A stretch of DNA of 63,974 nt, the filler included, from Octopus bimaculoides (Eukaryota): assembly GCF_001194135.2 (NCBI RefSeq). It is 6 parts of 5 records of this genome, joined end to end, with 100 filler letters (N's around TTAATTAATTAA, not from the genome) between each part and the next. Parts side by side here need not be neighbours in the genome. Positions count along the whole stretch, not along the records: positions 35,760 to 46,637 come from NW_026328937.1; positions 46,738 to 54,826 come from NC_069001.1; 4 more parts are not named here. One strand, written 5' to 3'. Of the stretch, positions 37,320 to 48,520 are shown piece by piece; the stretch's first letter is position 1, and each line of letters begins with the position of its first letter. The notes under the pieces are model-generated. The model worked only from the letters and a program-made list of their open reading frames with translations. It had not been told where the DNA came from and searched no databases. The position numbers and the translations under genes were made by a program.

Positions 37320-37384
37320 ATATTTGAGTGTGTATTGGTATGTATATATATATGTGCATATTCAAGTGTGTGTGTGTGTGTGTA

Positions 37385-37587
37385 TATTCTTTTACTCTTT
37401 TACTTGTTTCAGTCATTTGACTGCGGCCATGCTGGAGCACCGCCTTTAGTCGAGCATATCGACCCCAGGACTTATTCTTTGTAAGCCTAGTACTTATTCT
37501 ATCGGTCTCTTTTGCCGAACCGCTAAGTTACGGGGATGTAAACACACCAGCATCGGTTGTCAAGCGATGCTGGGGGGACAAACACTG

Positions 37588-37622
<35 letters not shown>

Positions 37623-37798
37623 CATATATACGACAGGCTTCTTTTAGTTTCCGTCTACCAAATCCACTCACAAGGCTTTGGTTGGCCCGAGGCTATAGCA
37701 GAAGACACTTTCCCAAGGTGCCACGCAATGGGACTGAACTTCAGAACCATATGGTTGGTAAGCAAGCTACTTACCACACAGCCACTCCTGCGCCTACA
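37385..37798 (-). mobile_element. SINE family B (well-preserved copy)
   Basis: Full head-to-tail match to 42420-42835 and 44233-44640. Confidence 0.9.
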
Positions 37799-37947
37799 GG
37801 ATATATATATATATCATCATCATCGTTTAATGTCCGCTTTCCATGCTAGCATGGAAAGCGGACATTAAACGATGATGATGATATATATATATNNNNNNNN
37901 NNNNNNNNNNNNNNNNNNNNNNNNNNNNNNNNNNNNNNNNNNNNNNN

Positions 37948-38340
37948 CGAGAGTGTAGTGGGTACTTTTACGTGCCACCGGCACGAAGGCAAGTCAGGCG
38001 GTACTGGCAACGGCCACGCTCGAAATGGTGTCTTTTACGTGCCACCTTCACGGGAGCCAGTTCAGCGGCACTGGCAACGATCTCGCTCGAATGTCTTTAC
38101 ACATGCCACTGGCACAAGTGCCAGGGTACAAGTGCCAGGGCACAAGTGCCATCACGGTTTTGCTTTCGCTTGCCTCAACAGGTCTTCGCAAGCCAAGTTT
38201 AATCTCCAATGAAGGAGACGACATTGGCATGGGTGCCAGCCATCGAAATTAGTTCGATTTCACTTGCCTCAACAGGTCTTCACAAGTGGAGTTTAGTGTC
38301 CAATGTAGGAAGGTATGCATCCTGGCAGAGGCCTTGGATT
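37948..38340 (-). mobile_element. RTE LINE 3' UTR fragment
   Basis: Reverse complement of the 15385-15800 UTR. Confidence 0.85.
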
Positions 38341-38540
38341 TATACACGTATAAAACAAGGTATCAATACTGATCATTATATTTTACTTTATTGTTGTAAA
38401 TTCAATTTACTGCTTGGTTTTGATTGTCATTATACTGTTTTTCATATATTAGTATACTCATTCAGTCCTTTGATTGCCTGAGTAAAATTGAACAACCTTA
38501 AACTACTAATGCTATCTCTACTTATATGTTGATATATATA

Positions 38541-38940
38541 TCACCATCATCGTTTAACGTCTGCTTTCCATGCTAGTATGGGTTGGATGATTTGACTGAG
38601 GACTGGTGAAACCAGATGGCTACACCAGGCTCCAATCTGATTTAGCAGAGTTTCTACAGCTGGATGCCCTTCCTAATGCCAACCACTCAGAGAGTGTAGT
38701 GGGTGCTTTTACATGCCATCGGCATGAAGGCCAGTCAGGCGGTACTGGCAACGGCCATGCTCAAAATGGTGTATTTTATGTGCCACCCGCAGAAGAGTAG
38801 TCCAGGGGCACTGGCAACGATCTCTCTCGAAAGTCCTTACACATGCCGTGGGCACAAGTGCCAGAAAGGCGACGCTGGGCACAGGTGCCATTATGATTTC
38901 CCTTTCGCTTGCCCCAATAAGTCTTTGCAAGCTGAGTTTT
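38541..38940 (-). mobile_element. RTE LINE 3' tail fragment with (CAT)n
   Basis: CATCATCGTTTAACGTCTGCTTTCCATGCTAG..GGATGCCCTTCCTAATGCC, the reverse complement of the RTE tail. Confidence 0.88.
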
Positions 38941-39023
38941 GTGTCCAAATATATATATACATATTGATAGAAAGGACAACAAAAGAAAGAAAGAGACCTT
39001 GATATTATATAAATAGAGAAATT

Positions 39024-39251
39024 TATCTGTAAAAATATGTGACACTTATTCGGTAGCCATGATAAAACTCAGAGTTTCGGATGCCGGGGTGGGAACCCAT
39101 GCCACCATCTCTTCAGCTATCTGGCCATTGAAAATTCCTGTGAAAAATGGCCGGATAACTGAAGAGATGGCAGCGTGGGTTCCCACCCCGGCATCGGAAA
39201 CCCCGAGTTTTTTCATGGCTACTGAATAAGTGTCACATATTTTTACAGATA
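39024..39251. mobile_element. ~228-bp fold-back element (MITE-like hairpin, ~105-bp arms)
   Basis: TATCTGTAAAAATATGTGACACTTATTC...GAATAAGTGTCACATATTTTTACAGATA. Short spacer, TA at both ends, right end in (TA)n. Confidence 0.85.
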
Positions 39252-39700
39252 TATATATATATATATATATANNNNNNNNNNNNNNNNNNNNNNNNNNNNN
39301 NNNNNNNNNNNNNNNNNNNNNNNNNNNNNNNNNNNNNNNNNNNNNNNNNNNNNNNNNNNNNNNNNNNNNNNNNNNNNNNNNNNNNNNNNNNNNNNNNNNN
39401 NNNNNNNNNNNNNNNNNNNNNNNNNNNNNNNNNNNNNNNNNNNNNNNNNNNNNNNNNNNNNNNNNNNNNNNNNNNNNNNNNNNNNNNNNNNNNNNNNNNN
39501 NNNNNNNNNNNNNNNNNNNNNNNNNNNNNNNNNNNNNNNNNNNNNNNNNNNNNNNNNNNNNNNNNNNNNNNNNNNNNNNNNNNNNNNNNNNNNNNNNNNN
39601 NNNNNNNNNNNNNNNNNNNNNNNNNNNNNNNNNNNNNNNNNNNNNNNNNNNNNNNNNNNNNNNNNNNNNNNTATATATATATATATATATAGACACACAT

Positions 39701-39737
<37 letters not shown>

Positions 39738-40204
39738 ATATAAGAAACTATGAAGAACCAGAACGTGTGTTATCATTTTAAGGCTTTTAATTTATAATTT
39801 GAATATAGTGCAGGGTAGTTATAATAAAAACAGGATGATGTAATGCATGAAGTTTTTTACAACAGTTTCTAGAATTACTGAACATATGGAATTGAATAAA
39901 GATTTATTTCCACATAAGCTAAGTACTCTGTATTCAGAGAGATAGAATTGGGGAATAATCAAGGATAATTCATCAAATAATTAAGGAGTGTTTGAAGTAA
40001 ATGATAGCATTGGTTCACTGTTCCATGATCATAGAATTAGGAAAATTCTTAATAAAATATAGCAGCAGTTAGCAGTTCTATTGTTGAAGTATCAAGGAAA
40101 ATCCATGAGTAGAAGGCCTGTTAAATATACAGGACAGTGTGAAGGAAAGGTAGAGTTGTAAATGTATTAGGGCAGTCTAACCCGTATAGTGATGTTGCTT
40201 ATAA

Positions 40205-40312
40205 CACGGGAGGCTACAGTAGAAGACACTTGCCCAAGGTGCCACACAGTGGGACTGAACCCGGAACCATGTGGTTAGTAAGCAAGCTACTTACTACACA
40301 GCCACTCCTGCA
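40205..40312 (-). mobile_element. SINE family B 5' half
   Basis: GAGGCTACAGTAGAAGACACTTGCCCAAGG..ACACAGCCACTCCTGC. Confidence 0.85.
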
Positions 40313-40724
40313 TGTACATATACTCACACAAACACATATTTATACATACATGCACATACATACACAAGCATGTATCCATACATACATATATGCACAGATC
40401 TATGCTTACTCATACATGTTTGTGTGTATATTTATATATACACATCCACACATACTCATCATTCATACATATAGAGGGATAGGTGATAGTTAAATGATTA
40501 GGGAATGGGTGGTTCACTGGTAAGGAATGAAGAAGACCATATGTGCAAAGCAAGAATGTTATTGTTGTGGACCACTGTGATCTAGGTTTATCAGATGGCC
40601 AGAGGGATGGGTATTGTTAGAGAGTTGTAAACAAGATAAAAAAAATCTTCAGGTAATAGATTTTAGTGAATGTTATATGGTCTGTGGTAGGGGTAGAGTT
40701 GGACATCAAGTGGTTATTTTAAAG

Positions 40725-41972
40725 TATTGGGTTGGCAACTAAGTTCCCGCCGTTTTTTTTAAATTCAAATTTTTTAAAAGGTTTAATAAAAAGTAACAAC
40801 TAATTAATAATGTATTCACCCTTGTTGTTTACAACTTCTCAACATTCAACAAGATTTTTAATACCTCGTTGGTAGAAATCACCCAATTTCGACTCAAAAA
40901 ATTGATCCAACCAAGCTCTCAATTCTGCATCAGTATTGAACGAAACTCTGCACATAGCATTTGAAAGAGATCGAAAGAGGTGGAAATCCGTTGGTGCCAA
41001 ATCAGGAGAGTACAGCGGGTGTGGTAGCACTTCCCAGCCATGCGTTTGAATGACTTCCTTGGTCAAATTGGTGATATGAGGGCAGGCGTTGTCGTGCAGC
41101 AGAAGAACTCCATGCTGCCGATTAGGTCTTTTCTCTCAAATAGCTGCATGGAGTTGTTCCATCTGTTGAACATAGAGTTCCACGTTGACCGTTTGGTTCT
41201 GTTCAAGCAATTCATAATGGATAATCCCTTCCCGGTCCCACCATACGCACAACATTGTTTTACACAGATGAAGAGTTTCTTTCATGCCCGGTGTCGCTTA
41301 TTTACCAGGGCTGAGCCATTTCTTACTCATATTAATGTACAGGCACCATTTTTGTTGCCAGTAATGATTCAGTAAAGAAATCGTTGCTTGTGTCCATGAG
41401 TTGAGTGGTGACAAACAAGCAAGCCATCAGAGATTGTGGCTCATTGATTTTTGTTGTTGTCACTTAAAGCATGCCGAACCCATGCTCCATACTTCTGAAC
41501 CTTTTCCATCAAGTGAAGATACTTTTCTATAGCAGTGTGAGGGCATTCCATTTTCTCTGCCAGTTCCCTTGTCATTTGACGAGAATTTTCATGCAAAAGT
41601 TAGTTTAATCGCTCTTCATCAAACTTAACTGGACAGCCAGAATGAGGTGCGTCTTTGAAGTCAAAATTTCCATTTTTGAACTTGGCATACCAATCATGAG
41701 CGGTTCTTTCAGCTATGGCACCCTCTCCATACACAGCACAAATGTTGCTAGTAGCTTTTGCAACCTTAGAACCTTGATTAAAAGCAAAAAGAAGGAGGTG
41801 TCGAAAATGCTCATTTTTCTGAATTTGACATGCCATTTTAATGATCTGAAAATAAACAAAAATTAACTAGAGAAAAATAAAATAGATTCCAAAATGATTC
41901 AATAATAGAATTCTCAAAAAAACTAGATTCCGAAATTTAAAAATATGGTGGAAACTTAGTTGTCAACCCAAT
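40725..41972 (-). mobile_element. Full-length degenerate mariner (DD34D) with both TIRs
   Basis: TIRs TA-TTGGGTTGGCAACTAAGTTCCCGCC and GGTGGAAACTTAGTTGTCAACCCAAT. ORF pieces EHFRHLLLFAFNQG..WYAKFKNG (41600-41836) and PLYSPDLAPTDFHLFRSL (40839-41066). Confidence 0.92.
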
Positions 41973-42062
41973 GTAAAATATTAAAATATTACTGAAAGTG
42001 CATGCTCACGGGAAGTCAATAAAGTATAAGTTATCACTAGATGTCAATATAGTGAATTATAA

Positions 42063-42300
42063 CATCATCATCATCATCGTTTAAATGTTTGCTTTCCATG
42101 CTAGCATGGGTTGGATGATTTGACTGAGGATTGGCAAGCCAGAAGGCTGCACCAGGCTCCAATCTGATCTGGTAGAGTTTCTGCAGCTGTATGCCCTTCC
42201 TAACGTCAACCACTCCGAGAGTGTAGTGGGTGCTTTTACATGCCACCAGCATGAGGGCCAGTCACACGCTACTGGCAACGACCATGCTCAAAAAGGTGTT
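42063..42300 (-). mobile_element. RTE LINE 3' tail fragment
   Basis: (CAT)n-CGTTTAAATGTTTGCTTTCCATGCTAGCATGG.. reverse complement of the RTE tail. Confidence 0.88.
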
Positions 42301-42419
42301 TTTTTACGTATATGGATGAAATAAATAGAGTACTAATGAATAATAGATACTGTCATTAATAATAGAATGAGGTAAATAAATAGGTTCAGTAAAGAAATCT
42401 GTTAAGGTAAGTATTTCTC

Positions 42420-42638
42420 TTTTCTCTTTTACTTGTTTCAGTCATTTGACTGTGGTCATGCTGGAGCACCGCCTTTAGTCGAGCAAATCGACCCCAGGAC
42501 TTATTCTTTGTAAGCCTAGTACTTAATCTATCGGTCTCTTTTGCTGAACCACTAAGTTACGGCGATATAAGCACACCAGCATCGGTTGTCAAGCGATGTT
42601 GGGGGGACAAACACAGACACACAAACACACATACATAC

Positions 42639-42669
<31 letters not shown>

Positions 42670-42835
42670 CGACAGGCTTCTTTCAGTTTCCATCTACCAA
42701 ATCCACTCACAAGGCTTTGGTCGGCCCGAAGCTATAGTAGAAGACACTTGCCCAAAGTGCCACGCAGTGGGAATGAACCCGGAACCATGTGGTTGGTAAG
42801 CAAGCTACTTACCACACAGCCACTTCTGCGCCTGT
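42420..42835 (-). mobile_element. SINE family B (full length)
   Basis: Complete match to the family, with internal (CA)n(TA)n at ~42612-42670. Confidence 0.9.
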
Positions 42836-43199
42836 ATATAAATTTTCTTTAAATAGTGTTTAATTATGATAGGTATTGCGTAAAGTATATGCTGAAAATG
42901 CAGTAAATATACTAATTAAATTGAGTTATGCTATATCTGAACTACATATCAACGAAAATAAAGTGCTTGATAGCAATACAGAGGGTAGTTGTTTTACTGC
43001 ATTTGGATTTGTGGAAAAATCGAAAAGTCATGAAGAGTCTATGAATTTAACCAATCCATGCTTAAATATTCCTATTCCTTTGCACTGCCCTGTATTTTTA
43101 GCAGGCCTTCTTCTCATAATCTACCTCACTTTCTCTTCATAGATGAAACCAGTAACTACTATTATATTTTCCCATGGATTTTCCTTGATACTTCAACAA

Positions 43200-43560
43200 T
43201 GGAACTGTTAACTGCTGCCATGTTTCACTAAGGATTTCCTTAATTCTTTGATCATGGAACTGTGAACCAATGCTATCGGTTACTTTGGACACTCCTTATT
43301 TATTCAATGAACTGGTAACTGCTGCTATACTTTACTAAGGATTTCCTTAATTCTTTGATCATGGAACTTTGAACAATACTATCTTTTATTTTGGACATTC
43401 CTTATTTATTCAATGAACTGGTAACTGCTGCTATGTTTTACCTGGTAACTGCTGCTATACTTTACTAAGGATTTCCTTAATTCTTTAATCACGGAACTGT
43501 GGACCAATACTATCTTTTACTTTGGACATTCCTTAATTATTTGATGAACTGGTAACTACT
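43200..43560 (+). repeat. ~107-bp minisatellite, three to four diverged copies
   Basis: GAACTGGTAACTGCTGCTAT..CTAAGGATTTCC..GGAACTGTG..TTTGGACATTCCTTA recurs at ~43201, 43308, 43415/43441 and 43546. Confidence 0.8.
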
Positions 43561-44232
43561 AATATCCTTGATTAAGGATATTCCTCAATTCTCTCTCTCT
43601 GAAGACAATAATTAGCTTATATGGAAATCTTCATTCAATAATATATGCTCCACATGTTCAGCTATTCTAGAAAATTGCTGTAAGAGATTTTACACCTTAC
43701 CTCATAATCTTGTATTTACTATAACTACTCTACACTATATTTGAATTATAAATTAAATGTTCTGAAGTGATACCACATGTTTTACTTGTTCATTCTCTGT
43801 TTCTAATATATATCTACCCACTGAACAATGAAACACTTCAAGTCATCATTAATAGACAGCTGCAGTTCAAGCCAGACTTTTAGGTATAATCCAAACTGAA
43901 CAGTTATAGTCTACACCTATTACTTTACTCCATTAGATGAAAACTTTTTGTATGTATATATGTATAATTAAGGTCAACTTTTTGTTACCTGTGAACACTT
44001 CTAGGCTTCATCACTACTTCAGTTCTCAACTAAGTTAAATGCAACTTTTTTATCAATGGTGGTCCAGTCTTCAGCTACATTTTGAGATAAAATAATTAGA
44101 ATTTGATTCATTCATTCAAAAAAAAAAAAAAAAATTCAGTCAAAATATGTGAGATCAAAAATGGGAGAGTGATGTAAAAAATTGAGCTTGAATCAAAATA
44201 TTGCACCTATTGTTATAGAAAATTATATAATA

Positions 44233-44396
44233 GCTGCAGGAGTGGCTGTGTGGTAAGTAGCTTGCTTATCAACCACATGGTTCCGGGTTCAGTCCTACTG
44301 CATGGTACCTTGAGCAAGTATCTTCTGCTATAGCCTCAGGCCAACCAAGGCTTTGTGAGTGGATTTGGTAGACGGAAACTGAAAAGAAACCCGTCG

Positions 44397-44428
<32 letters not shown>

Positions 44429-44640
44429 CATGTATATGTTTGTGTGTCTGTGTTTGTACCCCCACCATCACTTGACAACCAATGCTGGTGTGTATACGTC
44501 CCCATAACTTAGCAGTTTGGTGAAAGAGACTGATAGAATAAGTACTAGGCTTACAAAGAATAAGTTCTGGGGTTGATTTGTTCAACTAAAGGTGGTGCTC
44601 CAGCATAGCTGCAGTCAAATGACTGAAACAAATAAAAGAG
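44233..44640 (+). mobile_element. SINE family B (full length, plus strand)
   Basis: GCAGGAGTGGCTGTGTGGTAAG (A-box), CCGGGTTCAGTCC (B-box), internal (TA)n, tail GACTGAAACAAATAAAAGAG. Confidence 0.9.
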
Positions 44641-45847
44641 TGAAGGAGTAATTGTTGTTTTCAAATGAAGGAGCTCTCTGGGATGAATGTTATAGTGAAA
44701 ATCTCATCAAAAAAATATTAGCCATAAAAGAAGTGGTGTGGCTTTAAGTGATGAAAAAAGCTATCATTTTAACAAATTAAAATATTTTCATCATTTTAAG
44801 ATATTTAGCATTATAAAAGACAATATCTAATGTCATGGGTTACTTAGCTTAATGGTACAGAGCACTTAACTGGAGTTTGGGATGCATATGGTTCAATTCT
44901 CTTTAGCAGCCTGCTAGCCACTTTTTTCTTCGTTTTCTAAGGGTAATTAGCTGATCTAAGTTGTGTTCACTGTTATTGTGTTTGAGATTTCATTTATTTT
45001 TTTTGTAAAATACCTTGTAAAATACCATCTCATTTGGCCCCTCAAAGTTATTTTTACAGTCAAATTTTAGTCACTTGCAAGCTTCATATAGCTAGTAAGC
45101 TTCATTACTAATTCAATTCTCAACCAATTTGAATGCTATTATTCACTGATGACAATGGGTGAATATATTCTTAAGGTCAACTTTTAGTTACTTCTGAGCA
45201 CTTCTAGACTTCACTATTTCATTTCTCAACCAAATTAGATGTTTCTTTTATCAATGATGGTACAGTCTTCAGCTATATTTTGGGATAAAATAATTGAAAT
45301 TTGGTTCATTCAAAATAAAAGTTTGGTCAAAATATGTGAGGCTAAAAATGGGAGAGTAAGGCAAAAAATTGACTTTGGATCAAAATATTTCAGCTATTAT
45401 AAAGGAAAAGTATAGATTAATGGGGTTTAAAAGAATGTGCTCATTAAGAAGAATCTTTTGGTGAAAACCTTATTTAAGAGTATTTACTTTGAAAAAGTTG
45501 TTTGGCTTTGTGACTTAAAAAATAATCTCTCAAATTGACTTCAGATCTAAATATTTCAGTTATTGTAAGAGAAAATTATCCGATAGTTGTGTTCAAATGA
45601 AAGAGCCCTATGAAATGTATCTTCTGGTGGAAACCTCGCCAAAAAAATATTAGCTACAATAAAAGTGGTATGACTTTAAGTGATGACAAAGCGGCTTGCT
45701 GGGTACTTTTTTCCCCATTTTCTAAGGGTAATTAGTTAATTTTCTAGGTTGTTTTTACTGTTTTTTGAGATTTACTTGTGATGAAGGAAGCACTCTGAGA
45801 AGGTTCATATGGTAAAAACCTTGTCAAAAATTATTTCTTTCTTTATT

Positions 45848-46068
45848 GCCCACAGGGGGCTAAACATAGAGGGGACAAACAAGGACAGATAAAGGGATTA
45901 AGTTGATTACATCGACCCTAGTGCATAACGGGTACTTATTAAATTGACCCCAAAACAATGATAGGCAAAGTTGACCTTGGCAGAATTTGAACTCAGATTG
46001 TAATGGCAGACAAAATACCACTAAGCATTTTACCCAGCGTGCTAACATTTCTGCCAGCTCACCACTTT
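45848..46068 (-). mobile_element. SINE family C variant with a different 3' tail
   Basis: Family C head and core, but the tail reads (plus strand) GCCCACAGGGGGCTAAACATAGAGGGGACAAACAAGGACAG. Confidence 0.75.
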
Positions 46069-46070
46069 CC

Positions 46071-46107
<37 letters not shown>

Positions 46108-46737
46108 ACCTACAAAAAAGTTGTGTAGCTGAAGTTTATGTATATGTTTGTGATGAAAAAAAGTGATAAGAGATCAAAATATTTTTGTCATTTTTAAGAG
46201 AAAAATATTATTTGAACTCAAATGAAAGCATTTGAGATGAATATATTGGCGAAAACCATGTCTAAAAATTTTAAACATAAAAAAAAGTTATGATGTTTTA
46301 CCATTTCACTTTAATTTTTATTATTTTGTTTACATATTAGAATATGTACATATAAAAAGCATATTAAAATTAAAAAAATTCACTCTTTAAAAAAAATCTT
46401 ATTTAATTAGAATATGACATTTTGTATTCAAAATTGTTTAAAAATATATTTATTTGTAACAAATATGCTGTTGTTAATCCTTTGTTTTTATGTTCAAACA
46501 AAATTTTAAAGTTTGAACAAAATCTGTATTTAAAATATATTTATAGTAGTATCATTTTTCAGTTATAAAGATAAATATCATCATCACCGTCGTTTAACAT
46601 CCACTTTCCATGCTAGCATGGGTTGGACGATTTGACTNNNNNNNNNNNNNNNNNNNNNNNNNNNNNNNNNNNNNNNNNNNNTTAATTAATTAANNNNNNN
46701 NNNNNNNNNNNNNNNNNNNNNNNNNNNNNNNNNNNNN

Positions 46738-46806
<69 letters not shown>

Positions 46807-47888
46807 GATAGATAGATAGATAGATAGAGAGATAGATAGATAGGTACATTTCTACAGATGTAGAATTGAAAATGCAAGGAAGTTTTTTATGGGTCTTTTG
46901 GATGCCTCAATGTTATTTTTGATGTTACATTTAGTTAACTACACATGAAATAAATAGTAATTCAACACAACACATAATTATATTCAATTACAGGAACTGT
47001 ATATCGTAAGGATGAGAATAATTTATAAAAAGAATTCGTTTTCGTTGCTAGTTAAAATCATAATGGTCTATATACTTCTAAGACACTAGAAGTTGCAAAA
47101 AATAATAGTTAAGATGGTGTCAGTAGATTTAATGCATGGAACATTAAACAGTAACTTTTTAAACTGAAAATTATTCATCAGCGATGAAGTCAAAATAGAA
47201 TCTAAACACGTCCGGAGTTTCTCCCGTATTTACCGGAAAGAAAACTATAATACGTTTTGTAAAAAGAGATGCATGAAAATGACGCGTAGCTTGAAAGCAG
47301 GAAATGTGTTATCGTTTCTATAAGATAAATAAGAATGCGGTATTTCGCTCTGACGTCATTTTAAAGTTTCTTTTGAATGGTTATTATAATTTTTTTTCAA
47401 ATATCTTGTAAACTTACACTGCGCTTATTTATTTATTTATCTATTTATGTATTTACTATTTATTCATTCATGAAGTCTAGTGTTTTCCGGAATTTTCTCT
47501 GTAATTCCATCTGGTTATGAATTATTTTTGTCTGATGATGACACACAATTTCAAAACATTGAAAGGAGGTTTTGTTGTGGTATCAGTGAATGATCTGTTT
47601 TACTAAGAATGGTAAAATGCTCAATTTTCTATAGTTTACTAAAAGAGATCAGAATGATGTTGGTTAGCGTTAAGGAGAATATGGAAATATACAGGAGCTG
47701 CTTTCGTTACATTTTCTTCTTGAAATCTTTTTGATGTGTAAAAAATGATAATTTTATATGGTTATAATTTCCAAATTTCTTTTCGACAACACTGACATCA
47801 CATTCCTTCAATCTTGGTACTCATGTAAAGTATCAAACTTGATTATATCGAAGATTAGAAATATATTGTAATCATTGTACTGAATATT

Positions 47889-48072
47889 AAAAATTTACAG
47901 TTCTATATTTAAGAGATGAGGAATTCTGTACATTATTTACATTCGACGGATATTTGTCCTCATCTTGTTTCTGGTTAACACAACATTTCGGCTGATATAC
48001 CCTCCAGCCTTCTTCAGGTGTCTTGGGGAAATTTCGAACCTGAGATCTCATTCCTAAAGTATTTTGCGATGT

Positions 48073-48107
<35 letters not shown>

Positions 48108-48235
48108 TAATAATAATTATTATTATTATAATTAGTGTTCCGGTCACTGCTTGGAATCAAACTCGGAATCTTGGGTTTAGTAGCCCGCGCTCTTAACCAC
48201 TACGCCATATGCCCACGGGCATATGGCGTAGTGGT
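47889..48235 (-). mobile_element. tRNA-headed SINE-like element carrying a hammerhead ribozyme
   Basis: Minus strand order: tRNA-like head 48214-48141 (A-box TGGCGTAGTGG, B-box GAGTTTGATTCC), (TAA/ATT)n 48130-48075, HHR 48022-47977, AT-rich tail. Confidence 0.75.
47977..48022 (-). ncRNA. Type I hammerhead ribozyme motif
   Basis: GACAC-CUGAAGA-A-GGCUG(GAGGGUAUAU)CAGCC-GAAAU-GUU-GUGUU. 5-bp stem I, 5-bp stem II. C15.2 is U (CpG-type change, U-G wobble). Confidence 0.8.
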
Positions 48236-48314
48236 ACGTTATAAATAATATAAATAATGTAAATAATTAAAACTTTAATTGTCATCTTTAAAGATCAGCA
48301 CAAAAATGGTTTCA

Positions 48315-48520
48315 AACTTTGGCACAAGGCCAGCAATTTCGGGTGACGGGGTAAGTCAATTACATCGACCCAAGTATTCAGTTGGTATTTATTTCATCAA
48401 CCCCGAAAGGATGAAAGGTAAAGTCGACTCCCGGTGGAATTTGAACTCAGAACAATAAGACGGACGAAATGCCGTTAAGCATCTTACCGGACGTGTTAAT
48501 AACTTTGCCCGCTCGCCATC
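48315..48520 (-). mobile_element. SINE family C
   Basis: GGCACAAGGCCAG..CGACCC..GAAAGGATGAAAGG..GAATTTGAACTC..CCCGCTCGCC. Confidence 0.85.

Noticed and set aside
37800-37892. Perfect ~46-bp-arm palindrome of the RTE tail centred on GCTAGC
   Set aside because: Zero mismatches, pivots on a pre-existing short palindrome and lies directly beside a gap. Probably a fold-back read or assembly artefact unless long reads confirm it.
48141-48214. tRNA gene
   Set aside because: A and B boxes are present but the acceptor stem does not close and the T-arm is mismatched. It is treated as a SINE head (the same applies to 35070-35200).
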